Assembly: GCA_951406725.2 (NCBI GenBank)
Contig: OX597842.1
Coordinates: 29,698,001-29,762,000 of the forward strand
Direction of reading: 5' to 3'
DNA length: 64,000 nucleotides
Source of the DNA: Octopus vulgaris
Lineage: Eukaryota
Made by a program: the position numbers and the translations under genes. Under the pieces are notes generated by a model. That model had not been told where the DNA came from. It searched no databases and was given only the letters and a program-made list of their open reading frames with translations. Of the stretch, positions 33,701 to 43,054 are shown piece after piece; the first letter of the stretch is position 1, and each line of letters begins with the position of its first letter.

Positions 33701-36258
33701 AGTTAAAACTCTCCTCTTTGCTTGGTTTAACTTAACACCTCTCTATTACACTGGGTAACAACGATTTTTGTCCATGGATAACAATTGTTATTTCCAATTT
33801 GCTTAACCCTAGAAAATACGAGAATGGCTAGTATCTCCTTCAAACTTTGCTTTCGTCACAATATATACCTTGTAGACCTCACACATTTCAGCTGATGTTG
33901 TTTCACAGTGCTTTTACGCTGTTGTCTTGATAAATTCACCACAGACACAGCAGAATGTATCTGCCAGATGCTTACAACCTCTTGATGCCATCTGTGATGA
34001 ATGCAGTTCTTGGATAGCTAGAAATAAACTGAACTGGTGATCTTATGATCCCTTTTTTTACACTGGTATCTATGTTGCCAGAACGTTCTAGAAATTCTTG
34101 GAAATTTTAGAAATTTCTTGATGATAGTTCTAGAAAATTCTGCTTCAGTGACTCAGCACTGAATCTGTCTGGAAATAGGTTTCAAAACATTGATGTCCAG
34201 GTGACAAAAGCAACGTTTAAAGGGAACAGATGTCCTTTCCTTTGATTTCTTGATGGAAGAAAATAGGAAATAACATCATCATCATCATTGTTCGACCGTG
34301 ATTGAGACAATGGAATTTACCATGCTACGCCAGACTTCACGGTCCATCATAGCATTACGGAGGTCCTGTTGCTGGATGCCTGTATCCCTGGAAATAACAC
34401 TTATTCATTCGGTCATTCAACCGTTCATCGACACTTGCATACTATTGGAAAAGTCAGCAAATTGGGTCAATGGATCGCACACAGAGTGAATGTGTGCTCT
34501 TCTCTGTGGTCCTGTCTCACGAATGAACCTCTTTTAAACTGAATAGTGACTGGTGACGAGAAATGGGTTCTCTATAAATATGTCAAGCAGCGAAGACAGT
34601 GGGTAAGGAAAGGAAATATGAAAGGTTTAGTCCTCTTTGAACTTTTAAGCCCCAACCAAATGAAAACAAAGGATATCTACTGCAAGCAGCTTGAGTGGCT
34701 TAAGTCAGCACTAGAAGAAAAGCAACCATCTTCAGTTTCAAGACGAAAGGTGTTCTTCCATCAGGATAATGCTCGGCCACAATCAGCGAGGATGACATTC
34801 CAAAGGCTGGAGCAGTTTGAATCGGACATTCACAGGACATTGCCCCATCTGATTATCATTTATTCCACAGTCTTCAAACTTATTTGGACGTAAAAAATAT
34901 GTTACCTGTAGATGAGGTCAGAACGGTAGTAGAGAAGTATTTTTCGTCACGGACAAGTCAATTTTGGAAGAGGGGCCTTGCAAGTGCGCCAGATAGATGG
35001 AAGAACATTGTAGAAAATGAAGGAGAGTATATTTTAGGTTAAAAAAGAACTTTGTTTCTCTTAATTTTGTGAAATAAAAGACGTATAAAACAAATGCATT
35101 ATTATTTATAGGATGACCCAATGCTTTGTGTAGTTGAGATCATTCTGGTATCTTGTCTCTTTGTATTTGAATTGGCCCAGATATGCCTAATAGTACTGGT
35201 ATTGTTTGATAGTTCAAACCATATCTTCTAGATATTTCTAACTCTTGATATACTTTAGTTATCAATTATTCAGAAGAGGAGAAGCATCACAGACAACTAT
35301 TTCAGGCATTGACCATGGAATGTTATCAGACGGCCAAAATGGGATTCCTTTGAAGGGTCTCTGGAGTAATGATACTAAATAGGATGTATAGTCCAGAGAT
35401 CTGGGAATCTCTCCAGGTTGAGCCAGTTCCTCTCCACATCTCTGGTACTATGGACATGTGTTGCAGGAACAAATGACAAGACAGATTCTTCAAGCCAAAC
35501 CAATGGAGCAGGGGTCCTAGGGGTAGATCACGAACTAAATGGTTGGGTGATAGCCATTGTCTTAGCTGTTTATGTTTGGGAACCCAACCAAAAGCTCTAA
35601 TGACGGCTGCTTCTGATAGGACCCTATGGAGGAGATGCCTGAAGACTCTGTCTTTACAATCCTCCCAAGAATATTGAGCAGAGACAATGGATGGGTGGAT
35701 CAAATGGATTGACTGTTGATGGTCTATATTGATTCTTTAGGTTCTCCATACACTTTTGCCTACACAAACACTTCTCCTACCATCTGTTTACCATAAATTT
35801 TCGCAAGTGTAATTTTCAATTAATTTTCTTTAAAATCTTCACCATTTTCATCCTGTATTTCCACCTCTTCGTTATTATTTAATTAACATTCTTAGAAACA
35901 GTGAACAACATCTTTTATTTATTTTTTTATGATTCATAACTATTTCTCATTGACATAATTTATTTGTTACATTTATGACAAACTACAGTACACATCTTTT
36001 ATGTAATCGTTAATGATTTTGAAATTATTTCTCATTGTTTTATGTTTTGCAGGCAGGAATTTAGGAATCAGAAATGTCAAACTGGGGAATATCAGGTATG
36101 ACTATCCTTATAACACTGAAGAGCAGGGCTTCCAGATGCTGCACACATGGTACACAAGTTGTGATCCAGAGATGCGAACACTCAAAACACTCAGAAAAGC
36201 TCTTGAGGAAGCTGAATGCTTTGAGGCACTTCAATGTCTACCATCAGAAGAAAAGTGA
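5692..36258 (+). CDS. Mind-bomb (MIB)-like ankyrin-repeat / C3HC4 RING / Death-domain protein, 13 coding exons, about 964 aa
   Basis: Exons: 5692-5775, 7376-7527, 11114-11270, 12129-13610, 15641-15677, 23917-24129, 26218-26393, 27386-27528, 28378-28428, 28544-28594, 29191-29262, 33037-33108, 36053-36258. All introns are GT-AG with matching phases (0,2,0,2,0,0,2,1,1,1,1,1). The total is 2895 nt after removing one extra base near 12932. Confidence 0.85.
5940..6600 (-). pseudogene. Decayed LINE RT fragment
   Basis: [18 protein letters not shown]...[14 protein letters not shown] resembles the RT segment VALDISKAFDRVWH...SINAGVPQG. Confidence 0.65.
7376..7527 (+). CDS. Exon 2: ankyrin repeats ([19 protein letters not shown]...[20 protein letters not shown])
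   Basis: ttcag acceptor, gtaagg donor, ankyrin consensus. Confidence 0.88.
8536..8940 (-). mobile_element. tRNA-derived SINE family A (~400 bp, dominant repeat here)
   Basis: tRNA-like head gtggctgtgtggtaag...ggttcagtccc, internal (TA)/(TG) tract and (agtaaaag)n tail; many near-identical copies in the window. Confidence 0.88.
9283..9507. repeat. AT-rich imperfect palindrome (~110-bp arms) between (TA)n tracts
   Basis: taaattagagacaaaaccactatt...aagacttaagccaatacataaa is mirrored by tttatgtattggcttaagtctt...aatagtggatttatctctaattta. Confidence 0.85.
10270..10940. mobile_element. MITE with imperfect TIRs and internal subrepeats
   Basis: ggcatacttacacaactgggacccccgacgaattt versus aaattcgtcgggggagcacacttgtgtagttatgtc; TA flanks. 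Confidence 0.6.
11114..11270 (+). CDS. Exon 3: ankyrin repeats ([43 protein letters not shown])
   Basis: tttcag acceptor, gttagc donor, TPLH motif; phase 2 in, phase 0 out. Confidence 0.9.
12129..13610 (+). CDS. Exon 4: 14.5 tandem 34-aa ankyrin repeats (102-bp unit) with a +1 frameshift near 12932
   Basis: ttttag acceptor at 12127-12128 and gtaagt donor at 13611. ORFs 12231-12944 and 12862-13614 are the two frames of one array. Confidence 0.92.
14392..14880 (+). mobile_element. Tc1/mariner 5' remnant
   Basis: TACAAGGGGGTACCCAAAAG TIR-like start; [34 protein letters not shown] resembles a mariner N-terminal HTH. Confidence 0.65.
15641..15677 (+). CDS. Exon 5 (37 bp): (E)[12 protein letters not shown], completes ankyrin repeat 15
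   Basis: tttcag acceptor and gttagt donor; phases exactly bridge exons 4 and 6. Confidence 0.8.
15985..16250 (+). mobile_element. tRNA-headed SINE-like element with degenerate hammerhead-like tail
   Basis: A/B-box-like head tggcatagtggttaa...gagttcagttct; tail acac-CTGACAA-aggctg...cagcc-GAAAc at 16153-16198. Confidence 0.5.
17215..17860 (-). pseudogene. RTE-type LINE endonuclease (APE) fragment, with a short diverged copy in the opposite orientation
   Basis: [35 protein letters not shown] and [12 protein letters not shown] motifs. Confidence 0.75.
17976..18414. repeat. 82-bp inverted repeat (17976-18057 / 18333-18414) enclosing a hammerhead motif
   Basis: The arms are reverse complements with a few mismatches. 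Confidence 0.85.
18132..18223 (+). ncRNA. Type-I hammerhead ribozyme motif
   Basis: tatct-CTGAAGA(18137-18143)-ggagaagggttg...caacccttttgc-GAAA(18207-18210)-cgattg-TA-agatg. Stem II pairs at 11 of 12 positions and stem I has 5 bp. Confidence 0.78.
18521..19777 (+). repeat. 5' LTR (1257 bp)
   Basis: Direct repeat of 21765-22976; TG...CA ends with 8-bp terminal inverted repeats. Confidence 0.95.
19839..21149 (+). CDS. LTR-element ORF1 (divergent, possibly gag/pol-derived; internal ~60-aa duplication)
   Basis: 436-aa open frame from the first ATG, 40 nt after the PBS; the [13 protein letters not shown]...[12 protein letters not shown] block occurs twice. Confidence 0.5.
   Translation: MDLSGCQTGDEEISLALIVEMLRGQIAQTDALMERMDKRRRGLWADQQEPEVADGSALENQCWTEDSDGPVGRDCPSNEASRETDSEGSVAEICDAGPAVFAEPGLVAEICDAVPKKSCDLEPVEVEVTKRPVEGVMADAVVPCLEPLASRPLSLGAQDEELARSGANVAESEVPALCVMVAAGAMPCAGPLVSGPLSPGAQRDCMVPTVERPQARMDWRPGVCVVRPAGRKLVRKRTRPVDEARRLRTVVGPPRPGRLLQRWVSFVVDGCLGPVEPDRQCLVKARLRVGWTLVEAEAGGALAGSADLLEVAQAICRRQIEESCQMVNQWWGQLCRYGNAVEGDGGPRMQFRKRSARSRWCFVGTWGSAVLDGCVGPVEPDRQCRVGAQLRVGWTLVEAEADRALVGSAELLKAAQAICRGQIVELRRTVNQRRGQ
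21178..21753 (+). CDS. LTR-element ORF2: internally deleted pol remnant
   Basis: [25 protein letters not shown] (RT start) is fused to [31 protein letters not shown] (RT thumb). No YxDD motif, RNase H or integrase. Confidence 0.6.
   Translation: MQLRKKQPLVKSAGRWSRGLLDAGRTDRAERFVDQGGRRLRKQRGRRKAPVQQRKRRYRRRGALKGQNGPWSSAIIARNGDGTARCYVGYRALRKVATVKDWPDPSCVRDLRNFLGRCAYCGRLVGSLAALAEVLPKPQREGANLWLVLKWWPWEVRPPPEEKPPKGTPSPWRVCCSEVRVLLCFVGSTKA
21765..22976 (+). repeat. 3' LTR (1212 bp)
   Basis: Direct repeat of the 5' LTR, preceded by the polypurine tract. Confidence 0.95.
23245..23537 (-). mobile_element. SINE family A, partial and diverged
   Basis: Similarity to 8536-8940. Confidence 0.75.
23917..24129 (+). 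CDS. Exon 6: ankyrin repeats ([26 protein letters not shown]...GNNCLHLS...PILDE)
   Basis: aag acceptor and gtaagt donor; resembles late MIB ankyrin repeats. Confidence 0.88.
25010..25155 (-). pseudogene. RTE LINE fragment
   Basis: [42 protein letters not shown]. Confidence 0.7.
26218..26393 (+). CDS. Exon 7: terminal ankyrin ([34 protein letters not shown])
   Basis: ttgcag and gtaagt sites; resembles the MIB segment [22 protein letters not shown]. Confidence 0.88.
27386..27528 (+). CDS. Exon 8: C3HC4 RING finger (CRWC...[11 protein letters not shown]...CPICR), MIB/IAP type
   Basis: cacag and gtaaga sites; all eight zinc ligands present. Confidence 0.92.
27810..28050 (+). mobile_element. 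Mariner-like 5' fragment
   Basis: caaggtggtatcagaaagttc TIR-like start; [12 protein letters not shown]. Confidence 0.5.
28378..28428 (+). CDS. Exon 9 (51 bp, phase 1-1): [17 protein letters not shown]
   Basis: tttcag and gtgagt sites; open frame; paralogous to exon 12. Confidence 0.65.
28544..28594 (+). CDS. Exon 10 (51 bp, phase 1-1): [17 protein letters not shown]
   Basis: tttcag and gtgagt sites; tandem duplicate of exon 9. Confidence 0.65.
28609..28844. repeat. 58-bp minisatellite x4
   Basis: actgtaattgatttctataaattttactttcacctgagatatattgtttttgtgaatg repeats at a 58-bp period. Confidence 0.95.
29191..29262 (+). CDS. Exon 11 (72 bp, phase 1-1): [24 protein letters not shown]
   Basis: tttcag and gtgagt sites; same length and homologous flanks as exon 12. 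Confidence 0.6.
31330..32510 (+). pseudogene. Decayed non-LTR retrotransposon RT (NeSL/Hero-like); probable upstream piece at ~30050-30200
   Basis: [14 protein letters not shown]...[16 protein letters not shown], with many stops and frameshifts. Confidence 0.7.
33037..33108 (+). CDS. Exon 12: Death-domain N-terminal helices ([25 protein letters not shown])
   Basis: tttcag and gtgagt sites; matches the Death-domain pattern L..VA..LG..W..[LV].R.LG across the splice. Confidence 0.85.
34425..35122 (+). mobile_element. Mariner transposase pseudogene with 3' TIR
   Basis: [10 protein letters not shown] and FHQDNARP motifs plus a frameshifted [10 protein letters not shown]; 3' end gcattattttataggatgaccca. 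Confidence 0.85.
35280..35700 (+). pseudogene. RTE LINE 3' fragment
   Basis: Degenerate ...YYGHV...R.RGRSRTKW...DRTLWRR... C-terminal motifs. Confidence 0.5.
36053..36258 (+). CDS. Exon 13 (last): Death domain [32 protein letters not shown]...[21 protein letters not shown]
   Basis: ttgcag acceptor; EQ..QML..W and T...L..AL motifs; TGA at 36256-36258. Confidence 0.9.
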
Positions 36259-36504
36259 ACTTGTGTGTAAATGCTGCAATTGTTTAGTCCAAGGTCAACC
36301 TTGACTAAACAGAGACTCATGATCAAATGCCTTCCAGCCAGGACCCTCTTGACTTTATCCTTAGTGTAGGGAACCCAACATCACATTGTCCAATGTGATA
36401 ATTGAATTGAGCAGGATTTGGCTACTAATTCTAGCAAATCTATCAACAACATAAGAGATTCCCTTCCTGAATTGGTCCCTTTCTTCTTAGAAATTAACTT
36501 TTGA

Positions 36505-36510
36505 AATAAA
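36505..36510 (+). terminator. Candidate poly(A) signal AATAAA
   Basis: About 250 nt after the stop codon, followed by a GT-rich tract. Confidence 0.5.
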
Positions 36511-36621
36511 GATAAACTTTGAAACGTTCATTTGTTGTTGTTGTGTATCTAACCTCCGCCCCATTGTTGTGTAAAAAGTTTTAATATCCTCTCATATATT
36601 CATAGTTATCTACCTTCATTT

Positions 36622-36746
36622 AACTACACGGTTCCAGGTTCAGTCCCACTGCGTGGCACCTTGGGAAAGTGTCTTCTACTATAGCCTCAGGCCGACCAAA
36701 GCCTTGTGAGTGTATTTGGTAGACGGAAACTGAAAGAAGCCTGTTG

Positions 36747-36806
<60 letters not shown>

Positions 36807-37003
36807 GTCTGTGTTTGTCCCCCCAACATCGCTTGACAACCGATGCTGGTATGTTTACATTCCCGTTACTTAGCAGTTCGGCAAAAGAGACTGATAGAAT
36901 AAGTACTAGACTTATAAAGAATATGTCCTGGGGTCAATTTGCTCGACTAAAAGGTGGTGCCCCAGCATGGCCACAGTCAAATGACTTAAACAAGTAAAAG
37001 AGT
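36622..37003 (+). mobile_element. SINE family A
   Basis: Similarity to other copies. Confidence 0.85.
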
Positions 37004-37012
37004 ATATCATAT

Positions 37013-37303
37013 GTGGAGGCGCAATGGCCCAGTGGTAGGGCAGCGGACTTGCAGTCGTAGGATCGCCGTTTCGATTCCCAGGCCGGGCATTGTGAGTGTT
37101 TATTGAGCGAAAGCACCCAAAGTTCCACGAGGCTCCAACAGGGGGAGGTAGCCATCCCTGCTGTACTCTTTTGCCACATCTTTCTTCAGTTGGCCTGCTC
37201 GCTTAACCAGCAGGCTGTTGTCATTTGAAGTCTAAAACAATGCGAAGCGCATTGTGACCAGTGATGTGTAGCAACATCTGATAATCTGGTCGGTCACGGT
37301 GAT
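37013..37303 (+). mobile_element. tRNA-derived SINE family B variant
   Basis: Head tggaggcgcaatggcccagtgg...ttcgattccc is shared with 55441 and 57286; the tail differs. Confidence 0.75.
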
Positions 37304-37855
37304 ATATATATCATATAGAGATACTTTTTCTATGTAATATATGATGTACCTGTGGGCATTTCACTTTGACCTGTTGTAGTGTTTTAAGACAGGTCCCCTC
37401 TAATGTAGGGGGTGTTTGAATAAAGCTCAGGGTTGGTAATGCAAGTAAGAGTTATCTCTATTTTATATTCTAGCTTTAGGATCATTGTTAGTTACTAATT
37501 ACTGCAATTTTTTTATCAGCAGAAAATAAAACTTTATGATTGCATATATAAAAAATAAATCCATAATTTTACAATTTAATTATTGATGTGTAGATAAATC
37601 CTTTCCTATTAAGATAATGGTATATTTGTGATTTTAATACAAATGTGGTTGTGGAAAAGACACAATGACTCTCACCTTCCAAATAACTTGTTATTAGATT
37701 CGCTCATTTTAGGAGAAAACAAAACTGGTTGAACTGAAATTAAATACAAAAATATTTCAATTACATCAAATTTATTTCAGAAAATGATCAACAGTTACTA
37801 TGAAAATTTATTAGTATTCAAACAAATTATTTGGTATCAAAGTTTGTAGAAATTA

Positions 37856-38607
37856 TCTCTCTATATATAAACGGCAAAATGTCTGTGTGTGTGTCCTTTA
37901 TACAAATGCACAATTTTTCAGTTAGAGGGCTCACACTTTCTATGGTCATTTAAAACCGTCCAAGGGTGGTCGTGCACATCTTTACATTTCCCCAGTCACC
38001 CCACAAAGCCATTAAGAAATCAACAGAAATGACTTTTTTGTGAATTTTCTACCCCAAAACACAATCAAAATGCCCGAAACTTGATACGCCAATTGAATGC
38101 CAGTTAGCTGTATGTGATTGGTCGGAGATTTGGACAGTACTTGCGTGTATGTGTTCTCGCACGCAGCTGTATATGCACTAGAACTATGACCTGGCGTTGC
38201 CGGCTCATAGTACTAGTCAATATATATAAAGCTGAAGTTGTCTGTGTATGGCAGGTTTGGTAGCCTTCAACTTACACTATCTCCTCCGAGACCCTGCTGC
38301 GCAAGTTGACCAAAATTGAGAGTATGATAGAAGAAGGCTTGCTGTTCCTTCCGTAGAAGATAAAATTCAAATCGGACCATGTTAACACCAAAAATTATTT
38401 ACATCAAAAAGGTGCTTTTATTCTATGAAAATCCCTAGTTTTTTACGATTTTTTTACTTCTGTGTCGCCATTTTTCAGTGTATTTCAACCAGAAAAATGT
38501 TCACTTAAAGAGAATAACAAGCTACATAATGCAAAATATTTACTTTTCAAAAATTCCAATTCTAAAGGGTCGAAGCAAACCCGAGCAACGGCGGGCGATA
38601 CTGCTAG
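37856..38607 (+). mobile_element. Two head-to-tail non-autonomous Helitrons (37856-38216, 38217-38607)
   Basis: 5' TC...TATATA starts, GC-rich subterminal hairpins and CTAG ends; A/T flanks. Confidence 0.8.
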
Positions 38608-39163
38608 TTTTAAATAAATTGCTAACATATCTTACTGATTTTTAGCTCCAAAACGTGGGAGTGAAATTATATTATATGTAATGTAAAAATACACCAAAAA
38701 TATAATAAACATGAAATTACTTGCTGAAAGTTGTATGAAACAATAAGTTATGTTTATGTAAACTAACGGGAACATATTTAGTTTTAGATTTAAACTTATT
38801 TACAAAACATAAAATATATATCTCTTTTACTGATTCTCTAAAACTAAAAAGGATAACTTTCAACTGAGACGACCCCAAATCAGTTCCTTTACTGAGTGAG
38901 ATCTTCTTGTTCTGCTCAAAGACTCTCAAAGTAATTTTCCTATTTTAATAGAACCAAAGACAAAATATGTTGCTCATAGATAAGTGGTTGAATTTAACAA
39001 ATGATAAAACCACTGAAAATAATGATAATGTAACTAAGGTGAGTCACAAACTTGAAGGAGTATCGTGAATTCACAAATAAGTAATCCTCTGAGTACAGCA
39101 CAATTTCAATTGAAAATAAGGAAATATGATGGATTTATTTTTACTTTGAAAAATATTGAAAGA

Positions 39164-39515
39164 CTAGCAGTATCGCCCGGCATTGCTCGGGTATGTTTTC
39201 TTTTCAACCCTTTAGAATTGGAATTTTTGCAAAGTAAATATTTTGCATTATGTAGCTTGTTATTCTCTTTAAGTGAACATTTTTCTGGTTGAAATACACC
39301 GAAAAATGATGACACAACAGTAAAAAAAATCGTAAAAAACTAGGGATTTTCATAGAAAAAAAGCACCTTTTTGATGTAAATAATTTTTGGAGCAAGCCTT
39401 CTTCTATCATACTCTCAATTTTGGTCAACTTGCACTGCAGGGTCTCGGAGGAGATGGGGTTAATTGAAGGCTACCAAACCTGCCATACACAGACAACTTC
39501 AGCTTTATATATAGA
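39164..39515 (-). mobile_element. Non-autonomous Helitron
   Basis: Reverse complement of the 38217-38607 family. Confidence 0.8.
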
Positions 39516-39828
39516 TATATATATATATATATATATACACCACACTACTGAAAACACCATAACTTCCTACTGCTTCCTTTAAATAAGGTGTCTATTTATG
39601 TTTAAAATGATGAAGTATGTACATTATTTTGTGTGGCGCGACCACAGTGGACAACAGTTCCAAGGAGGGGTCAGGCAAAAGTGGAGAAATAAAGGATAAT
39701 GGTGTGGATATCTGGATACATCTCAACTGGAAATTTCTGTGAATCCAGGGACACATTCTGCTGGCCATGTTAATTTTGCTGTGCACATGAATGGACCATC
39801 TATATATATATACATATATATGTATATA

Positions 39829-40100
39829 TATATTAGAAGAAATGAGGTACTCAGAAATTCGGATGGTTTTATATTTACAGATATTTATTTGTATATTACA
39901 TGTTTTTATACATCATATAATATATATCCTATATTAGCACTTTCGCCCAATCTAGTGGGGTTTTAAAATTGAAAACCCCACTAGAATGGGCGAAAGCGCT
40001 AATATATAATATATGATGTATAAAAACATGTAATATACAAATAAATATCTGTAAATATAAAACCATCCGAATTTCTGAGTACCTCATTTCTTCTAATATA
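39829..40100. repeat. ~270-bp near-perfect palindrome
   Basis: tattagaagaaatgaggtactcag...ctagtggggtttt-aaaattg-aaaaccccactag...ctgagtacctcatttcttctaata. Confidence 0.92.
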
Positions 40101-40131
40101 AAATACCTGTACATCATCTGCAAACCTTCTA

Positions 40132-40188
<57 letters not shown>

Positions 40189-40659
40189 GAGGAACATTTT
40201 CAGGGAAGAAATTGTGGTGCAATATTTTCATGTGATGTGATCTCGACGAATTGCATGGGGGTCAAGTCATGGGTGAATGGTAAACATAATAGTAATATTA
40301 TTTGGATAATATTCGTTGAATATTTTCAACATAGTGCAAATAACATATCGAACATTGCGGCATTGCTGTGTATAGAGCTTCTGCTTTTTAAGTCAAGCCC
40401 AATAATGATCCCTTCACGAGGCTAACACAATATATATATATTGTTTCCAAAGACATATCTGGGTGTAGGAGGTTTATCTGGGATTTCTCCAGATAAACGT
40501 AGGTATACACACACTCACACACATAAACAACCACATACTTAAATACAAATAGAACTGTATACATACACACACATACATGTAATTATCTGCATATATGTAC
40601 ATATACATAGCTATTTGCCTACCTGTTATTTGTTGCACAATGAAAGATTAATTCAAATG

Positions 40660-40918
40660 CATGGCACCTTGGGCAGGTGTCTTCTACTATAGCCTCGGGC
40701 CAACCAAAGCCTTGTGAGTGGATTTGGTTGACGGAAATTGAAAGAAGCCCATCGTATATATATATATATATATAGGTGTAGGAGTGGCTGTGTGGTAAGT
40801 AGCTTGCTTACGAACAACATAGTTCAGGGCTCAGTCCCACTGCATGGCACCTTGGGCAAGTGTCTTCTACTATAGCCTCGGGCCAACCAAAGCCTTGTGA
40901 GTGGATTTGGTTGACGGA
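40660..40918 (+). mobile_element. Two partial SINE family A copies
   Basis: Similarity to family A. Confidence 0.75.
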
Positions 40919-40983
40919 ATTATATGTATATACATATATATATATATATAATTTTTTTACTGAATCCTAATTATATAACGTAA

Positions 40984-41363
40984 TCTCTCTATATATAAAC
41001 GGCAGTTTGTCTGTGCGTGTTTCTGTGTGTCTGTTTGCTTGTACCCTCACCCTGACCACTGCTTTCAACCGATTCTGATGAAACTTGACACACACATAGC
41101 CCAATGTCATAATTCAAAACTAACGCAGCGAAAATTTTGAAAAGTTCCCCCAGTTCTGAAAAAAATCGATAAATTCGACATGGGGTCGAGAATCAGAAAC
41201 ACAATCCGCAAACTGTCTAGGGGACGCAACTCCACCTTTTTTTACTCTCAAAAAAATTTACCATCATTTTTTTCCATTTTTTTGCTATTTTTTGGCTATA
41301 ACTCTAAAAATGCTTTATAGTTATTTCCCTTACAAACCTGAGCAACGCCGGGCGATACTGCTA

Positions 41364-41364
<1 letters not shown>
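40984..41364 (+). mobile_element. Non-autonomous Helitron
   Basis: TCTCTCTATATATAAACGGCAG...gagcaacgccgggcgatactgCTAG; near-identical to 46564-46926. Confidence 0.85.
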
Positions 41365-41401
<37 letters not shown>

Positions 41402-41405
<4 letters not shown>

Positions 41406-41801
41406 CGTTATATAATTAGGATTCAGTAAAAATATTTACTTTACCACACACCAAAATTTTAGAAATAGCAGCGAAAGACAAGCTATTTCCTCTATTATAA
41501 GAAGAGTCTCCCAGACAATGTATACTCAGAATGGGCTGATGACGGAGATGTTGATAGGAGTATGTATTTCTAGCATCTCTTTATCTAACTAATCCAGAAA
41601 CGGTCTTCTCAAGTAATCGATGGACGTGGGATATTTCCTTATTTTTTCCTCTATACCTACGTGAATTATTTTTGAGTATACATTGTCTGGAAGACTTTTA
41701 TTACAGTAGAGCAAATAGCTAAATTTTTTGGCTGCTATTTCTAAAAGTTCAGTGTGTGGTAAAGTAAATTTTTTTACTGAACCCTAATTATTTAACGTAA
41801 T
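41402..41801. repeat. ~127-bp inverted repeat enclosing a degenerate hammerhead motif (41530-41610, +)
   Basis: Arms at 41402-41528 and 41673-41801; the loop contains CTGATGA-cgga...tcca-GAAA-cg-GTC. Confidence 0.75.
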
Positions 41802-41907
41802 GTTTTAAATATACCGTAACAGGTCCTTTTACATACTGAATACTACTTGGTAAAATTATTAATTAATTTTACACTTTTATTATTGACTATATATATATAT
41901 ATATATA

Positions 41908-42413
41908 TCATCATCATTTAGCATCCGCTTTCCATGCTAGCATGGGTTGGATGGTTCAACTGGGATCTGGGAAGCCAGAAGGCTGCACCAGGCCCAGTTT
42001 GATCTGGCAATGTTTCTACGGCTGTATGCCCTTCCTAACGCCAACCACTCCATGAGTGTAGTGGGTGCTTTTTACGTGCCACCTGCACAGGTGCCAGACG
42101 AGTCTGGCAAACGGCCACGATCGGATGTTGCTTTTCATGTGTCACCGGCACGGGGGCCAGGCGAGGCTGGCAACGGCCACGAACGGATGGTGCCTTTTAC
42201 GTGCCACCGGCACAATGTTTGTGTTTGTCCCCCCAAACATGCTTGACAACTGATGCTGGTGTGTTTACGTCCCTGTATCTTAGCGGTTCAGCAAAAGAGA
42301 CTGATATAATAAATGCTAGGCTTACAAAGAATTAGTCCTGGGGTCGATTTGTTCGAATAAATGTGGTGCTCCAGCATGGCCACAGTCACATGACTGAAAC
42401 AAGTAAAAGAGTA
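41908..42413. mobile_element. (CAT)n-ended repeat family D (-) joined to a SINE A 3' half (+)
   Basis: Similarity to 49568-50070 and to the family A tail. Confidence 0.7.
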
Positions 42414-42662
42414 TGTCTTACAGTGACGATATTGAAGTTGACGATGATGAAATAGATATAGGAAATAACATATTCTACAGTGAAGATAATGAAATTGAGG
42501 CTGGCAGTGGGCAATTTGAGACGGAAATCTCTATAAATTACACCAATAATCATTTGCATGGTTCCTGTATCTGGGGACCAGTATTTTGTAACAGAATATA
42601 TGAGTAAACTTTCTTAAAATGACCAGGTGAAAATTAAAAATAAAACAGAATTGAAGTTGAAA

Positions 42663-43054
42663 TCTCTCTCTATATAAAGCTGAAGTTGTCTGTGTGTGGC
42701 AGGTTTGGTAGCCTTCAACTAACACTATCTCCTCCGAGACCCTGCGACACAAGTTGACCAAAATTGAGAGTATGATAGAAGAAGGCTTGCTCTTCCTTCC
42801 GTAGAAGAAAAAATTGAAATCGGACCGTGTTCACACCCAAAATTATTTACATCAAAAAGGTGCTTTTATTCTATGAAAATCCCTATTTTTTACGATTTTT
42901 TGACTGCTGTGTCGTCATTTTTCGGTGTATTTCAACCAGAAAAATGTTCACTTTAAGGGAATAACAAGCTACATAATGCAACATTTTTACTTTTCAAAAA
43001 TTCCAATTCTAAAGGGTCGAAGCAAACCCGAGCAACGCCGGGTTACACTGCTGG
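42663..43054 (+). mobile_element. Non-autonomous Helitron
   Basis: Same family as 38217-38607; ends in CTGG. Confidence 0.8.

Noticed and set aside
5692-36258. Assigning the symbol MIB2 or MIB1
   Set aside because: Similarity is by eye and limited to the ankyrin/RING part; the architecture differs and orthology cannot be shown without a phylogeny.
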